Shown here: one piece after another, positions 41,301 through 49,596 of the stretch
Numbering within the stretch: position 1 is the stretch's first letter
How the letters are laid out: each line of letters begins with the position of its first letter
Assembly (NCBI RefSeq): GCF_001194135.2
Contig: NC_068988.1
Location: 21,079,432 to 21,143,431, forward strand
Length of the DNA stretch: 64,000 nt
Origin: Octopus bimaculoides
Lineage: Eukaryota
Direction of reading: 5' to 3'
The notes under the pieces: generated by a model
The model's database searches: none
Told to the model about the DNA's origin: nothing
Seen by the model: only the letters and a program-made list of their open reading frames with translations
Made by a program: the position numbers and the translations under genes

Positions 41301-44300
41301 AGTCCTGGGGTCAATTTGCTCGACTAAAGGCAGTGCTCCAGCATGGCCACAGTCAAATGACTGAAACAAGTAAAAGAGTCAAAAAGTAACCCTCCAGAGT
41401 CATTTTGGTGGTAAGTCTCCCTGCCTTTTTTAGCTGTAAATTTTGGCCTGAAAAATTCAATTTGTATGCTGGAAAACATGGTAGATGTTCTTGGCTCTGT
41501 TTCTAACATATCAAGGGACAATGTAGAGATTCTGTCTTTGATTTGACCTTAAATATGTTGTTTAACTTCAGATTGACCATAATCATTTAGACAGGTGTTC
41601 ATATCTACATGATCATAGACATTTCAGCCATGACCATCCTGCCTTTTATATATCCAAAAACTACAGTGTCTGATATGTACATTATTAAGACAGTAGGATA
41701 TAATATGAAGGATATATATAGCTGCTATTTCTAGCAAATTGAATAACCATATAAAGGATTAACCAAGTGAAGTATAAGATCATTATCATCTTCATCGTTA
41801 TTTAATGTCCGTTGTCCATGCTGGCATGGGTTGGATGGTTTGACCAGACCTGGCAAGCTGGGTGGCTGCACCATACTCCAGTCTGATTTGGCATGATTTC
41901 TACAGCTGGATGTCCTTCCTAATGCCAACCACTTTACTGAGTGTACTGGGTGCTTTTACATGGCACTTTACAAGTACTTCTACAAGGGGCCATACAGACA
42001 CTTTTATATGTCACCCTAATTTTTAATTTAAAGTAGATTCTCTCAATCTTCCCTGCCACACACAACTTGTTTGTTAAATGTTTGATATCTCAGCGGTGTT
42101 GCCCCTCACCAGATATTCTTCCTCATATCACCATTCTTTTATAAATCCATAATATCACTCCTCCGCCTTTCATTTTCTATCTTTATTTTAACATTAACGA
42201 ACCTGACAACCTCAGAATCCTCTACGTGGTCTCTCAATTTTATTAAAATAGCAACCATATATCCCTCATATCATCCTCTTCTGTTTTAATGAAGAAAGTA
42301 TATATTGTGGTTTGTGCATCCAGCTCATGATTGTAAGGTCATAGATTCAATTCCCGGTGGTACATTGTGTTCTTGAACAAGACACTTCATTTCATGTTGT
42401 TCCAGTCCACTCAGCTGGCAAAAATGAGTTGTATCTGTAGTTCAGTGGGCCTTGTCACATTTGGTGTCATGCTGAATTTCCTTGAGAGCTACATTAAGGA
42501 TATATGTATCTGTAATGTGCTCAGTCACTTGCACGTTAATTGCATGAGCAGGCTGTTCTGTTGTCATAACCAACAGAGTGCCCAACCACATGTTGGACAA
42601 TGTAGTTTTGAATAGGGTGGTCATGGTTCAATGGTCTTTGATCACGTGTCTACATGGTCGAGTCCATGAAAGTGTTTCTACATCATCTCTTGATTTGTTA
42701 GAAAGTGAAACCAAGAACATCTATAAATTTGTACGAGAACTGCTGCTTGCAAGTCATCAATGCTTGTGTTAGACCTACAGTGTCTGCTCACAACTTACAA
42801 ACCAATGAATGAGACTATACAGTCATTTGACTTGCTGAAATGGTAGCCAAGTTTCCTCCTGTTATCTTAGAAGTGAAAGGGCACATTAGATACAAAGCTG
42901 AATGGTATTTAATCTTAGGTCAATTTAATGAGGCCTGACTTGGGAATAAACATCTATAAGCTTATTTATGGAAGAGAATTCTAGCATTGTATGTTAATAG
43001 TATTTTACTCTTGTATTCAGAATACAGTTTATAATAAATTTATACAGATGCATAACGAGCTAGCATGGAGAGAAGTGATGTTACATAAATACTATATCAT
43101 TTATCATTGTTTTAATTCCATTCTGACTTTGAAATACATTATCTTCTTATGCACTGACCCTATGTCATTTCAAATGAGATATCTTATTGACTGATTGTAG
43201 TAGTTCACATCTCTATTTCACAATGTTTTGATATAAGACTGTGAATTAAAATATACAGTGGTTCCATGTTTGAATCTATTCAGCAGATGCAGGGGTGGAT
43301 AACTCCAAGATTTTTGTAATGAGTAAGGAAAAAAAATAATTAGATATGTACATACTAAGCGTCTTTGCTTTTAGTTTAAAATTCAAACTTAAAATAACTG
43401 ATATATCTGAGTGTATTTAAAAAAAAGAAATAGCAACCAAGATAGGTTGAATGTTGACATACTGAAATCATCAGCACCATCTTATATCTGTTTCCCAATG
43501 CTGGTACTGGTTGCAAGTCATCACAATCTTAAGTCAGTTCTTTGCGGAGTTACTGTCCTCATAGACATATCAGACAAACATGTCTTACTTGGATATTCCA
43601 TTTTGACATGGTTTCTATGGTTGGACACCATTCACGGTGTTTTGAGTGCATTTTGTAGCACCAGCACTGGTGAATTTAACTTGTCCTCTGCAAGACTAAA
43701 GAGTCTTCTCTACTATACATTGCCTGTTTGTTCAAAATAAACATGAGCTACTGGGTGAATAAAACACGAGTGTGATGGAGAAAACAGTAATCAAAGCAAG
43801 AGGAAAATTGGAAATAAGCACATAGTAAGGTGGGGCAAACTTAATCCAACACATTAACAGCTTTTGGACAGGTTTCAGTTTTCCCTTATTCTAGGTTTAT
43901 CTTTCTTCTTCATTGTGAATAACACTTGATTTGATCAGCTATAACAACTTCTGAATTGCCCTTTGAAATGGATAGATACCGCTTGCTTACTGGCAACATT
44001 TAAACATCTGACATCTATTTTTTTATTTTCAGGACGTTTGCACAGGTGAAGCAGTACGACCTCTGCCCACTGCTCCTGCTCCCGAGCCATCACCATCTGA
44101 AGAGAACCCGACATCTAGTACCCAACCAATTGTTACAGCTCGTGGACTCTATACAGAATGTTCTATATGTCTTGACCGAACAGTAAGTCTCTGGTTTAGT
44201 TCAAGTGTTGATACCTGGAGAGAATGTTTCACAAAATTGTCAATTGAGGTTTAAAAACAACAACAAAATTCTTTGTGAATCTTCCGTTTGAAGCAACATC

Positions 44301-45600
44301 ATCATCATCATAATTTAATGTTGGCATAAGTTTCACAGGATCCTCTGGGTCCAAGGACTGCATTGCAATCCAGTGCTTGCTTTGGTATGGCTTCTACAGC
44401 TGGCTGCCTCTCCTAATGCCAACCACTTTATAGTGTAAAAAAATATTATTTCCTCTCTTCCAACTACCTTTTAAATTTAACCCTCAGATTTGAGCCCGTG
44501 TCTCTGCATTGCCGCTCTACCAGGAATCCAGCAGTGATGACATTTACCCTATTCATGCCTTAGTGGTAACGCAGCATGACCGGGTTAAAATAGCATTTCA
44601 ATTGAAGGTTTTAATTTAAAGCCTGGTACAGCCTACTGGCTTGCCAGTCCTCAGTCAAACCGTCCAACCAATGCCAACATGAAAAGTGTATGTTGCCTGA
44701 CTGGGTTTGCAGATGACGACCTATGGCAAGGCACAGCACTCACTCAGCCACCCTGCCAGGGAAATGGCATAGTCATGGGAGTGCAGCATGGCAGATTGTG
44801 AAGAGGTAGTGGAAGAGCTCAACTGAGCCAATGGTGCTCCTTACATTGAAGCTGAGTAAAGAAATCCTAGATCATGATGGTCAAGATCACCAAGCCCTGT
44901 CAAGAGTATCTGCAAGGCATCTATAAGGGTGGTGCCATGATTATGTAATCAGCTAATGAAAGATTCACTATAACTCAAGTTCCCAATTCAAATCCATAGT
45001 AATGGAATTGGATGGTGACAGTCATGAGAATCTACAAAAATAAAATTTAAAAAAGTTGCTGTTCACACACACCAAGCATGTCTTTATTTCATTTAGTTTA
45101 ATTAGGTTAGAAAGAGACGATGAGCGATCACTAGAGAAATATTTAGCTTTGTTTTTAATAACCAGTTGATCTAGCAATCGGGGCTTCATATCAGTGAGGG
45201 GGTGCCAGTGCGCATTGATGCCGCCGCGAGGTAGGCCCTGAAACGGCGCGCATTCTCTCCTGATGACCCCATACACCTGCTGGCTTCCGGTATGCGGAGT
45301 TCTCGACTGGTAGCACTTGCATGTACGAGTTGTTTGCAAGACATGCTTGATAAAGCTAAAATAATGAATAATTTTATCCAAATTTCTCATAAGTTGCTTT
45401 ATCAGTGTTATTTTTTTTTTTTAACATACATCTTGGTGATTTAGTGTAAAATAATTTTTTCTTTTCTATTTCAGACTAACATCATTTTCCTCAACTGCGG
45501 CCATGTTTGTTGTTGTACTGAATGTTCCGTTGATCTAGAGTTCTGTCCTCTCTGCCGATCAAACATTTTACAGAAAATCCAAGTCCAGCAACAGAGCTGA
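8914..45600 (+). CDS. LRSAM1: LRSAM1 E3 ubiquitin ligase (LRR, coiled-coil, SAM, PTAP, C3HC4 RING); spliced CDS of 23 exons, 2325 nt, 774 aa
   Basis: All 23 exons have GT-AG boundaries and chain in frame without stops. Peptides match recalled human LRSAM1 (FFRK..SDEAKRRFEYQM, QKAAFEAL, DYWLVQYQRLMDRKP, IFLNCGHVCCC..C....CPLCR). Confidence 0.96.
9175..9900 (+). mobile_element. Decayed RTE-clade (Rex3/Expander-like) LINE 3' fragment interrupted by a hAT MITE
   Basis: Translates VFVPVFTYGHE..VMSERV...VAELGFFQRIS, and after the MITE LLLLHIEKS.LQYDGHV; homologous to 36305-36780. Confidence 0.75.
9321..9605. mobile_element. hAT MITE (CAGGGGTTTTCAAACT TIR family)
   Basis: TIRs; 8-bp TSD CTCTAGAG (9313-9320, 9606-9613); sister copies at 24238-24507 and 33430-33714. 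Confidence 0.9.
11878..11931 (+). CDS. LRSAM1: LRSAM1 exon 2 (AEDNPEPIFDISNSQISE)
   Basis: ttcatag acceptor, GTAAAG donor, 54 nt; matches human AKEAGADDILDISKCELSE. Confidence 0.9.
12905..13480 (+). mobile_element. SINE family B head and tail with an antisense RTE 3' end (about 13130-13395) between them
   Basis: Head matches 21584 and 40960 copies. The inner segment on the minus strand has the GGAAGGGCATCC tail and an LSLTEA..YVVLEK ORF remnant. Confidence 0.7.
13680..14122 (+). mobile_element. 5'-truncated RTE LINE 3' UTR (family D) with hairpin units and a 28-bp minisatellite
   Basis: GTGCCGGTGGCAC units followed by the GTTGGCGTTAGGAAGGGCATCCAGC...CCCATGCTAGCATGGAAAG tail; homologous to 16097, 18121, 19665, 33864, 48857 and 54100 copies. 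Confidence 0.85.
14520..15105. repeat. (GAT)n/(GGT)n microsatellites followed by about 380 bp of pyrimidine-only low complexity
   Basis: Directly visible. Confidence 0.9.
15325..15369 (+). CDS. LRSAM1: LRSAM1 exon 3 (IPSNVFSLCKVLNKE)
   Basis: tttccag / GTAAGA, 45 nt; human IPFGAFATCKVLQKK. Confidence 0.9.
15733..15810 (+). CDS. LRSAM1: LRSAM1 exon 4 (ILLLHDNWLTSLKAGDCGMSDLVKIR), LRR
   Basis: cttcag / GTAAGT, 78 nt. Confidence 0.92.
16097..16431 (+). mobile_element. Family D RTE 3' UTR copy
   Basis: Near-identical to 13800-14122 and 18150-18489. Confidence 0.85.
16780..17065 (+). mobile_element. Old interspersed repeat, probably a LINE ORF end; second copy at about 44700-45030
   Basis: Two diverged copies share GCAGATTGTGAAGAGG(A/T)AGTGGAAGAG and TGTAATCAGCTAATGAA; ends MNRDRESWESVQAA*, resembling non-LTR C-termini. 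Confidence 0.5.
17402..17615 (-). mobile_element. tRNA-derived SINE family C nested in an older GGAAGGGCATCC-tail element (17285-17715)
   Basis: Head GGCGAGCTGGCAGAA..GAGTTCAAATTCC; TSD CTTTCAT (17395-17401, 17616-17622). Confidence 0.85.
18121..18489 (+). mobile_element. Family D RTE 3' UTR copy with (GAT)n tail
   Basis: Homology to other D copies. Confidence 0.85.
18664..18732 (+). CDS. LRSAM1: LRSAM1 exon 5 (VLDAHNNSIKHLPENIDQVRSLQ), LRR
   Basis: ctcccag / GTAAAT, 69 nt. Confidence 0.93.
19665..20059 (+). mobile_element. Family D RTE 3' UTR copy (more diverged)
   Basis: Hairpin units and GAT tail. Confidence 0.8.
21080..21164 (+). CDS. LRSAM1: LRSAM1 exon 6 (VLNLEGNKLKKIPESIGNLKFLQSLNLK), LRR
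   Basis: cttctag / GTAATT, 85 nt, ends phase 1. Confidence 0.93.
21584..21980 (+). mobile_element. tRNA-derived SINE family B, full length
   Basis: Head GGAGTGGCTGTGTGG..GGGTTCAGTTCC, body CACCTTGGGCAGGTGTCT, internal (TG)n, tail CCAGCATGGCCACAGTCAAATGACTGAAACAAGTAAAAG. Confidence 0.88.
22244..22408 (+). CDS. LRSAM1: LRSAM1 exon 7 (GNKLKEIPTSLSNLSSLRTLDLSNNQLTNLPTELWKLRALENLLVDAANMVHPPA), LRR
   Basis: attgcag / GTGAGA, 165 nt. Confidence 0.95.
22610..23165. mobile_element. Unclassified interspersed-repeat-like segment ending in (ATT)n, with internal N gap
   Basis: Compositionally distinct non-coding block abutting a microsatellite; single copy in this window. Confidence 0.4.
23228..23463 (+). 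mobile_element. SINE family C (ATT-tailed variant) following a long (TAT)n run
   Basis: Homology to 61757-61993. Confidence 0.8.
23476..23523 (+). CDS. LRSAM1: LRSAM1 exon 8 (EVCSQGTEAIMKFLCS)
   Basis: tttacag / GTGAGA, 48 nt; human EVCGAGTAAILQFLCK. Confidence 0.93.
24238..24507. mobile_element. hAT MITE, inverted relative to 9321 and 33430
   Basis: Same TIRs; TSD degraded (GCCTAGGT / ATATAGAG). Confidence 0.88.
24777..24910 (+). CDS. LRSAM1: LRSAM1 exon 9 (ESGEEYIPPSQFLLQVLD...EDALMM)
   Basis: tcatcag / GTCAGT, 134 nt; human ESGLEYYPPSQYLLPILE. Confidence 0.92.
25999..26028 (+). CDS. LRSAM1: LRSAM1 exon 10, 30-nt micro-exon (QDIEKYANLQ)
   Basis: acttacag / GTGAGT; phase 0 on both sides and fills the expected gap; weak sequence similarity. 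Confidence 0.8.
26239..27517 (-). mobile_element. Internally deleted hAT DNA transposon with a transposase C-terminal remnant, nested in a (CAA)n-tailed repeat
   Basis: TIRs CAAAGGTGGGCAC / CAAACCTGGGTAC; GTTAAC/ATTAAC subterminal repeats. Minus strand 27357-26800 encodes frameshifted KRFRTLL..AAAFQPRFRLIWL and LFIKFNIANPSCAAVEHLFSVGKDILRVKRSSLSD (hAT dimerisation motif). Degenerate TSD TCTAAGAG / TC--AGAG. Confidence 0.85.
28164..28286 (+). CDS. LRSAM1: LRSAM1 exon 11 (EKKRQERMAFNRQYEEDEKK...STIAQ), coiled-coil
   Basis: ccacag / GTAGGT, 123 nt. Confidence 0.9.
28345..28790 (-). mobile_element. SINE family B, full length with internal (TA)n
   Basis: Reverse complement of the 21584 and 40960 copies. 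Confidence 0.85.
29222..29309 (+). CDS. LRSAM1: LRSAM1 exon 12 (EQIKLNEDLAELSNKKELDRQNLVTCLED)
   Basis: AAG acceptor after a pyrimidine tract (a CAG 6 nt downstream is an in-frame alternative); GTAAGT donor; 88 nt. Confidence 0.87.
29332..29745 (-). mobile_element. RTE-type LINE reverse transcriptase fragment (decayed)
   Basis: YKGKGDVLERGNYREIK, QFSFMCERTTKDAIF.VRQ..EKY, FVDLVKAFDIV...IWWSLKKL, MYKDA.NKVRV...VHQG: the early RT motifs of RTE elements. Confidence 0.92.
29869..30520 (+). mobile_element. SINE family A, full length (internal duplication across the N gap is probably artefactual)
   Basis: A/B boxes, (CAA)n tail, 14-bp TSD ATTGTATATACTCA (29855-29868, 30521-30534). Confidence 0.9.
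30613..30709 (+). CDS. LRSAM1: LRSAM1 exon 13 (IEERTNRLLNDLMQMNEKARKQEELMEAIEKE)
   Basis: attccag / GTAAGT, 97 nt. Confidence 0.92.
30900..31231. repeat. 42-bp GT-rich minisatellite flanking an N gap
   Basis: Unit GTGTAAGTGTATCTGTGTGTCTATGTATGTCTATATGTCAAT. Confidence 0.85.
33293..33363 (+). CDS. LRSAM1: LRSAM1 exon 14 (KDEQDQYYIVRYEEIANLRRKEVL)
   Basis: ttgtag / GTAAGT, 71 nt; human EETESLRRRDV. Confidence 0.9.
33430..33714. mobile_element. hAT MITE
   Basis: TIR CAGGGGTTTTCAAACT; TSD AGTTACAA / GGTTACAA (7 of 8 match). Confidence 0.92.
33864..34470 (+). mobile_element. Family D RTE 3' end retaining the ORF stop (EKTQQAK*, TGA 33885) and complete hairpin UTR
   Basis: GAG AAG ACC CAG CAA GCC AAG TGA, then UTR units and (GAT)n tail. 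Confidence 0.85.
34511..34610 (+). CDS. LRSAM1: LRSAM1 exon 15 (NRMEEILNSSAYLETCRRKHDAEKKHAARNALE)
   Basis: tttaaag / GTAAAT, 100 nt; phases compatible with neighbours. Confidence 0.87.
34832..34916 (+). CDS. LRSAM1: LRSAM1 exon 16 (KEMNSTVLNDILQSKSAEQDEMVKVLTQQ)
   Basis: poly-T..acccag / GTTTGT, 85 nt. Confidence 0.9.
36122..36277 (+). CDS. LRSAM1: LRSAM1 exon 17 (EELQKAAFEALLMQKDSRHSRVSSQIALIEKELAQLTAIEIERKELRIDMEK)
   Basis: tatcag / GTAACA, 156 nt; strong match to human QKAAFEALQVKKD..QIKLIETEL. Confidence 0.95.
36305..36780 (+). mobile_element. Decayed Rex3/Expander-like RTE LINE 3' fragment
   Basis: YGHECWVTTKRMQS*IQTAKMGFLQRIS..LLDRVRNSKIR....ELLLLCIERSQLWYYGHVVRMP....RPRCRPRARWLD. 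Confidence 0.88.
37617..37712 (+). CDS. LRSAM1: LRSAM1 exon 18 (NILADKRIALTGMLMQLIAERDKREEQLKMRL)
   Basis: cttacag / GTGAGT, 96 nt. Confidence 0.93.
38750..38848 (+). CDS. LRSAM1: LRSAM1 exon 19 (TEMEEQRLQDQTDYWLVQYQRLMDRKPQALIDQ)
   Basis: tttgtag / GTAAGT, 99 nt; human NYWLIQYQRLLNQKP. Confidence 0.95.
39262..39393 (+). CDS. LRSAM1: LRSAM1 exon 20, SAM domain N-terminal part
   Basis: cttctag / GTTGGT, 132 nt; GAQDYIPLFARHRITSETLCHMTEDDLKQ. Confidence 0.95.
39488..39867. mobile_element. Tc1/mariner-type MITE with four internal tandem units of about 85 bp
   Basis: Perfect TIR CAGGGTGTCCACAAAGTCTGGGTACATG; TA on both sides; units start at 39509, 39594, 39679 and 39762. Confidence 0.92.
39990..40383 (+). 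mobile_element. SINE family C (ATT-tailed) interrupted near its 3' end
   Basis: Homology to 61757-61993; tail AGTAGAAAGGATTATT resumes at 40353. Confidence 0.85.
40199..40352. mobile_element. 154-bp solo-LTR-like insertion
   Basis: TG...CA termini, TGTTGTGT / ACATAACA inverted ends, 5-bp TSD AGTAG (40194-40198, 40353-40357), TATAAA at 40245. Confidence 0.75.
40642..40731 (+). CDS. LRSAM1: LRSAM1 exon 21, SAM C-terminal part (MGVHELGVRRAIMVRLQEYQSTKKVDMLPP)
   Basis: ttcaacag / GTAAGT, 90 nt. Confidence 0.92.
40960..41378 (+). mobile_element. SINE family B, full length, low divergence
   Basis: A/B boxes, internal (TA)n(TG)n, standard tail; CpGs largely intact. Confidence 0.9.
44033..44182 (+). 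CDS. LRSAM1: LRSAM1 exon 22 (PTAP motif and first RING cysteines, ...PLPTAPAPEP...TECSICLDRT)
   Basis: ttttcag / GTAAGT, 150 nt. Confidence 0.93.
45475..45600 (+). CDS. LRSAM1: LRSAM1 exon 23, RING C-terminal part and stop (TNIIFLNCGHVCCCTECSVDLEFCPLCRSNILQKIQVQQQS*)
   Basis: atttcag acceptor; TGA ends 45600. Confidence 0.96.
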   Translation, partial: TNIIFLNCGHVCCCTECSVDLEFCPLCRSNILQKIQVQQQS

Positions 45601-46290
45601 TCACTGCCAATTTTCTTGATAATCATCATCCAAAACATTATCTCATATCCAGCCCCATTTCAGCTACTCTACAAATATGGCTAAATTGAGAATATAACCT
45701 TTCTTGTTATTGCACTTGCTTCTGCTTTACCGAAAAGTTATTGCTGCTAGCCATCTTATATTCTTCATAATCCTAGTAACTGTCATGTTTTGACATTTCT
45801 TCCAAATTGCTTTTACCATAATTCCATTTTATATATATATAAATATATTATGTGTATTTATACTTTATATCTTATTCAATGAGAACTTTCTTTCGAAAAT
45901 TAAATTAACTATTAGAATTTCAAATAACAAAATCTGAAAAATACTCGTTCTACCAAAAGTTTGAACCTGGCTGGAATTTCCTTCCATGTTTAAATATGAT
46001 TTTGGTCACATTATTAAACCAATTGTTATAAATAGCTGCCAGAACTTGAAATAGCTGCAGTATGACAATTGGAAAGAATGCAACATTGGTACACTGGTGT
46101 TTATTTCTTTGCATGTGTTATGTGCCTTTTTTCCAGCTGTTTGTTTACATTTTTATCCACTACATTGTATTTCATATATATCTTCTATGAACTTGAACTT
46201 GCTATGATAACTTTCAAAACAACAAATATTGAGAAATCAAATAATCTGTGATAATTCATTTTGAAATACAACTTTCCAGAAATTTTTTCT

Positions 46291-46389
46291 AATAAATGCA
46301 GCAAATATATATCAAACAGTTAGTTGAAATGTAATTAAATAACTCAAACTAAATAAAAAAAAAATGATTAATTTATTAATTCATTTATT
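46291..46389. terminator. Cluster of candidate polyadenylation signals on both strands
   Basis: AATAAA on + at 46291 and 46352; on - at 46372-46377 and 46384-46389. The region is AT-rich, so chance matches are possible. Confidence 0.4.
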
Positions 46390-46665
46390 CAAAAAGTTGT
46401 TCCTTATGAAAATGGTGCATGCTAGTGAGTGCACTAGCATCTTTTGAATGATCAGGTCTCTCTGCCAATCTTGGCAACCAACAGGGCGAGCAAGTCCATC
46501 AAATGGCTTCTACTTATATATAATATATGTACACATACAATAACTGTTCTCGTTAAAGGCGGTCACAGTTTTCAGCTTCTCTCCTCAATACTCCTTCAGC
46601 TAATTTACAGTCAGAACAGGCTCTTCTGTAGTAAAAACATGGTTCCCACAGTATCAGCAGTTTTT

Positions 46666-46680
46666 TCAACCAAGAGCCTC
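46666..46680 (-). CDS. POLE3: Candidate POLE3 distal terminal exon (EALG*)
   Basis: Strong acceptor (T)n-CTCGTAG ending 46681; phase 0, matching the GAG|GTAAGA donor at 48063. Confidence 0.5.
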   Translation of the reverse strand, partial: EALG

Positions 46681-48039
46681 CTACGAGAAAAAAAAAAAAC
46701 ATTTACTTGAGGAAAAAATGTATTCCAAAGGAGGTTTGTTACATCTATAAATCGTCTTAGTTTTCTACTCGGTAGCAGTTAACAGAAATGGTTTTCCACC
46801 TGACGTCTTTCATTTCTACAGATATTAAGAATCATTCAAGAGAATAAACTTAGGAAAAACTTTGTAATTGACTTCTTTAAAATGTTCAGAAAATAAATTC
46901 TATTATCCATAATAATAAAAAGTTTACCAGTTATTTTTTTTTAATTGTTTGAGTTATTTTTTTTTTTTTTGAAGAGTCCGAGTTTTGATCAAGCCAACAA
47001 ACTGGAACAGGCCACCAAGTCAAGTCTGTGATCCACTTGGGTTCAAAAGCTTATTACTACAAATATCAATAGTATTGTGCTTAGTCCTGAAGAAAGCAGT
47101 GGCACTATTACCATAAATTTTGGTTTATACAACTATATATGAGTCATTGTAGTCTGTAAGTGAGAGAGATAAATCTAACCACCTCAGCTAATTCAATTAT
47201 GAAATTCTCTTGAGATATTCTAGAACAAATGATGCTAATTATTTTATTTGCTAGGAATATATACAGGAAGTGAATCAAACATGCTTCTAGTTTTTAGCTG
47301 TTGCTGTACCATAACCCTGTCAGCTGTTCAAATTAAATATCAACTTTCACATTCTTAGCAGCCTAATGCCTGCAAAAGTCATGGCCCCCACCTCTTCACA
47401 CCGAACTAGAATTAAAATTTTTTTTACATGAAATAATGTTTTATTGTGTCAGGTATAATACACAATGTAAAATTAGTTTTATGCCAATTATTGTTTCTTA
47501 ATATGTATTGTCACACCACATGCTACTGAACAGAACATTTAGACCAAATTAAGACTCCCAGATATTCCAAAGACCTACCAAATATTAATTTTGTTACACA
47601 CTATCTTAGTAGATTTATTACTATGGTGCAATAGTTCCATGACATTCCTTGTACTGCAGAGAAAAAACTAACACCTTACCAGTAACAAAAGATGTAAAAA
47701 TGAATTGCATCCTAATGCCAACAGCCTTCAGCAAGTGGCATGTTGTACTACACCTGGTGTCAATAACAAAGAAAAGCTGTTCTCAGGGATTTTTCATTGC
47801 CAATGAATGCTCACTGAGCTGGAGCTGAAATTCACAGCTCAGATCACAAAACCAGCAACTAATGCAGCATGGTTCACTCTGGTACTAAAACTACTTTTGA
47901 GAAGTAGTGTTCACCCTGCAAAACTGGAACTACAAGTATCTCAAGTGCTGCATCTTTCCATGCATGCCCTACACATGGCAAAAGATTCTTGGCATAGATA
48001 TCCATCAGATCAAATACACAATCCAATCCTAAATCAAGG

Positions 48040-48248
48040 TCATTTTCCAACAATAAATCTTACCTCATCATCTGTTTCAATATAGTCTTCATCTTTAGAG
48101 TCCAGTTCTTCTTCCTCCATACTTCCATCTTCTTCTTCATCCTCATTCTCATCACCTTCCTCTTCATCATCTATCACAATAGTCTCCTCTTTAGCTTTCC
48201 TCCTCTTCTCAGAGGCTTCCTTCTTTCCTTGTTGTTCTCTGCGGAATG
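48040..48248 (-). CDS. POLE3: POLE3 coding exon 4 ([18 protein letters not shown]...acidic tail...DDE, then VRFIVGK* if unspliced)
   Basis: tttgcag acceptor; human AYRREQKGKKEASEQKKK; internal donor at 48063. Confidence 0.92.
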
Positions 48249-49561
48249 CTGCAAATACAACCAACCCAATAATTCAACTGAGGCATAAATTATTTTTCAT
48301 ATTCATCAACATATTTTTGATAACTGTAAAGGTCTCAGGCCATTAGAAAATTTGCCTCAACTAACTCCATCTAACCCATGCAAGCATGAGAAATTGGACG
48401 TGAGAATGATGGTAATCAAAGGCTCAGCATGAAGGGGCAAAAGGTGTTTTAAGTTACTTTTTTCAATTTAGTAAACAACCAATCACAAAGACAGATTTGT
48501 TGATAATAAATTTATCAAACTCACATGTTCAACCCTTAAAGATTTAGGACTTATGTTCACCTCTGCAATCCCTTAGGCCCTTATGACAGAATATACCATT
48601 TAAGATTTTTAAAACATCTGCAAATTTACAAAACTTGTAGATAATCATTTCCCAATGCTTCAATTCTAACAATTACTATAAAATTTCAGCAATAAATACA
48701 AAATAACTGTTGTTAATTTCCTTCGTTTCAACTTTTAATTCGCTATTTGCAAACAACTATGATAAATTACTGAAAGGAATATTTAAATATTCCATACAAG
48801 ATAGTTTTTAACAAGCTTTTATTTATACGATTTTCTCATTTCATGTCTATTTCATTCATCATCATCGTTTAACGTCCGCTTTCAATGCTAGCATGGGTTG
48901 GACAATTTGACTGAGGACTGGTGAAACCAGATGGCTATACCAGGCTCCAATCTGATTTGGCAGAGTTTCTACAGCTGGATGCCCTTCCTAACACCAACCA
49001 CTCCGAGAGTGTAGTGGGTGCTTTTACGTGCCACCGGCACGAAGGTCAGTCAGGCGGTACTGGCAACGGCCACACTCAAAGTGGTGTATTTTATGTGCCA
49101 CCCGCACAAGAGCCAGTCCAGAGGCACTGGCAACGATCTTGCTCAAAAGTTCTTACACATGCTGCGGGCACAAGTGCCAGAAAGGCGACGCTGGGCACAG
49201 GTGCCATCACGATTTCGCTTGCCCCAACAGGTCTTTGCAAGCTGAGTTTCGTGTCCAATGAAGGAGACGACGTTGGCATGGGTGCCAGTTGTTGAATTTA
49301 GTTCGATTTCAATTTCACTTGCCTCAACAGGTCTTCGCAAGCGGAGTTTAGTGTCCAATGAAGGAAAGGTACGCATAAGTGGGCTGGCAGAGGCCTTGGA
49401 TTTAGGTCTCACTTGGCTTGCCGGGTCTTCTCACGCACAGCATATTTCCAGAGGTCTTGGTCAGAAGTCATCGCCTCGGTGAGGCCCCACTTCTTTCTCA
49501 CACATACACACACTCACACGTTTTTGTACGTACGTTTGTATACATTTATGTATGTATGTAT

Positions 49562-49596
<35 letters not shown>

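Noticed and set aside
45235-45275. Possible hammerhead ribozyme (GAAAC and CTGATGA nearby)
   Set aside because: Only 16 nt separate the motifs, too few for stems III and I, and no purine follows CUGAUGA; the topology cannot be built
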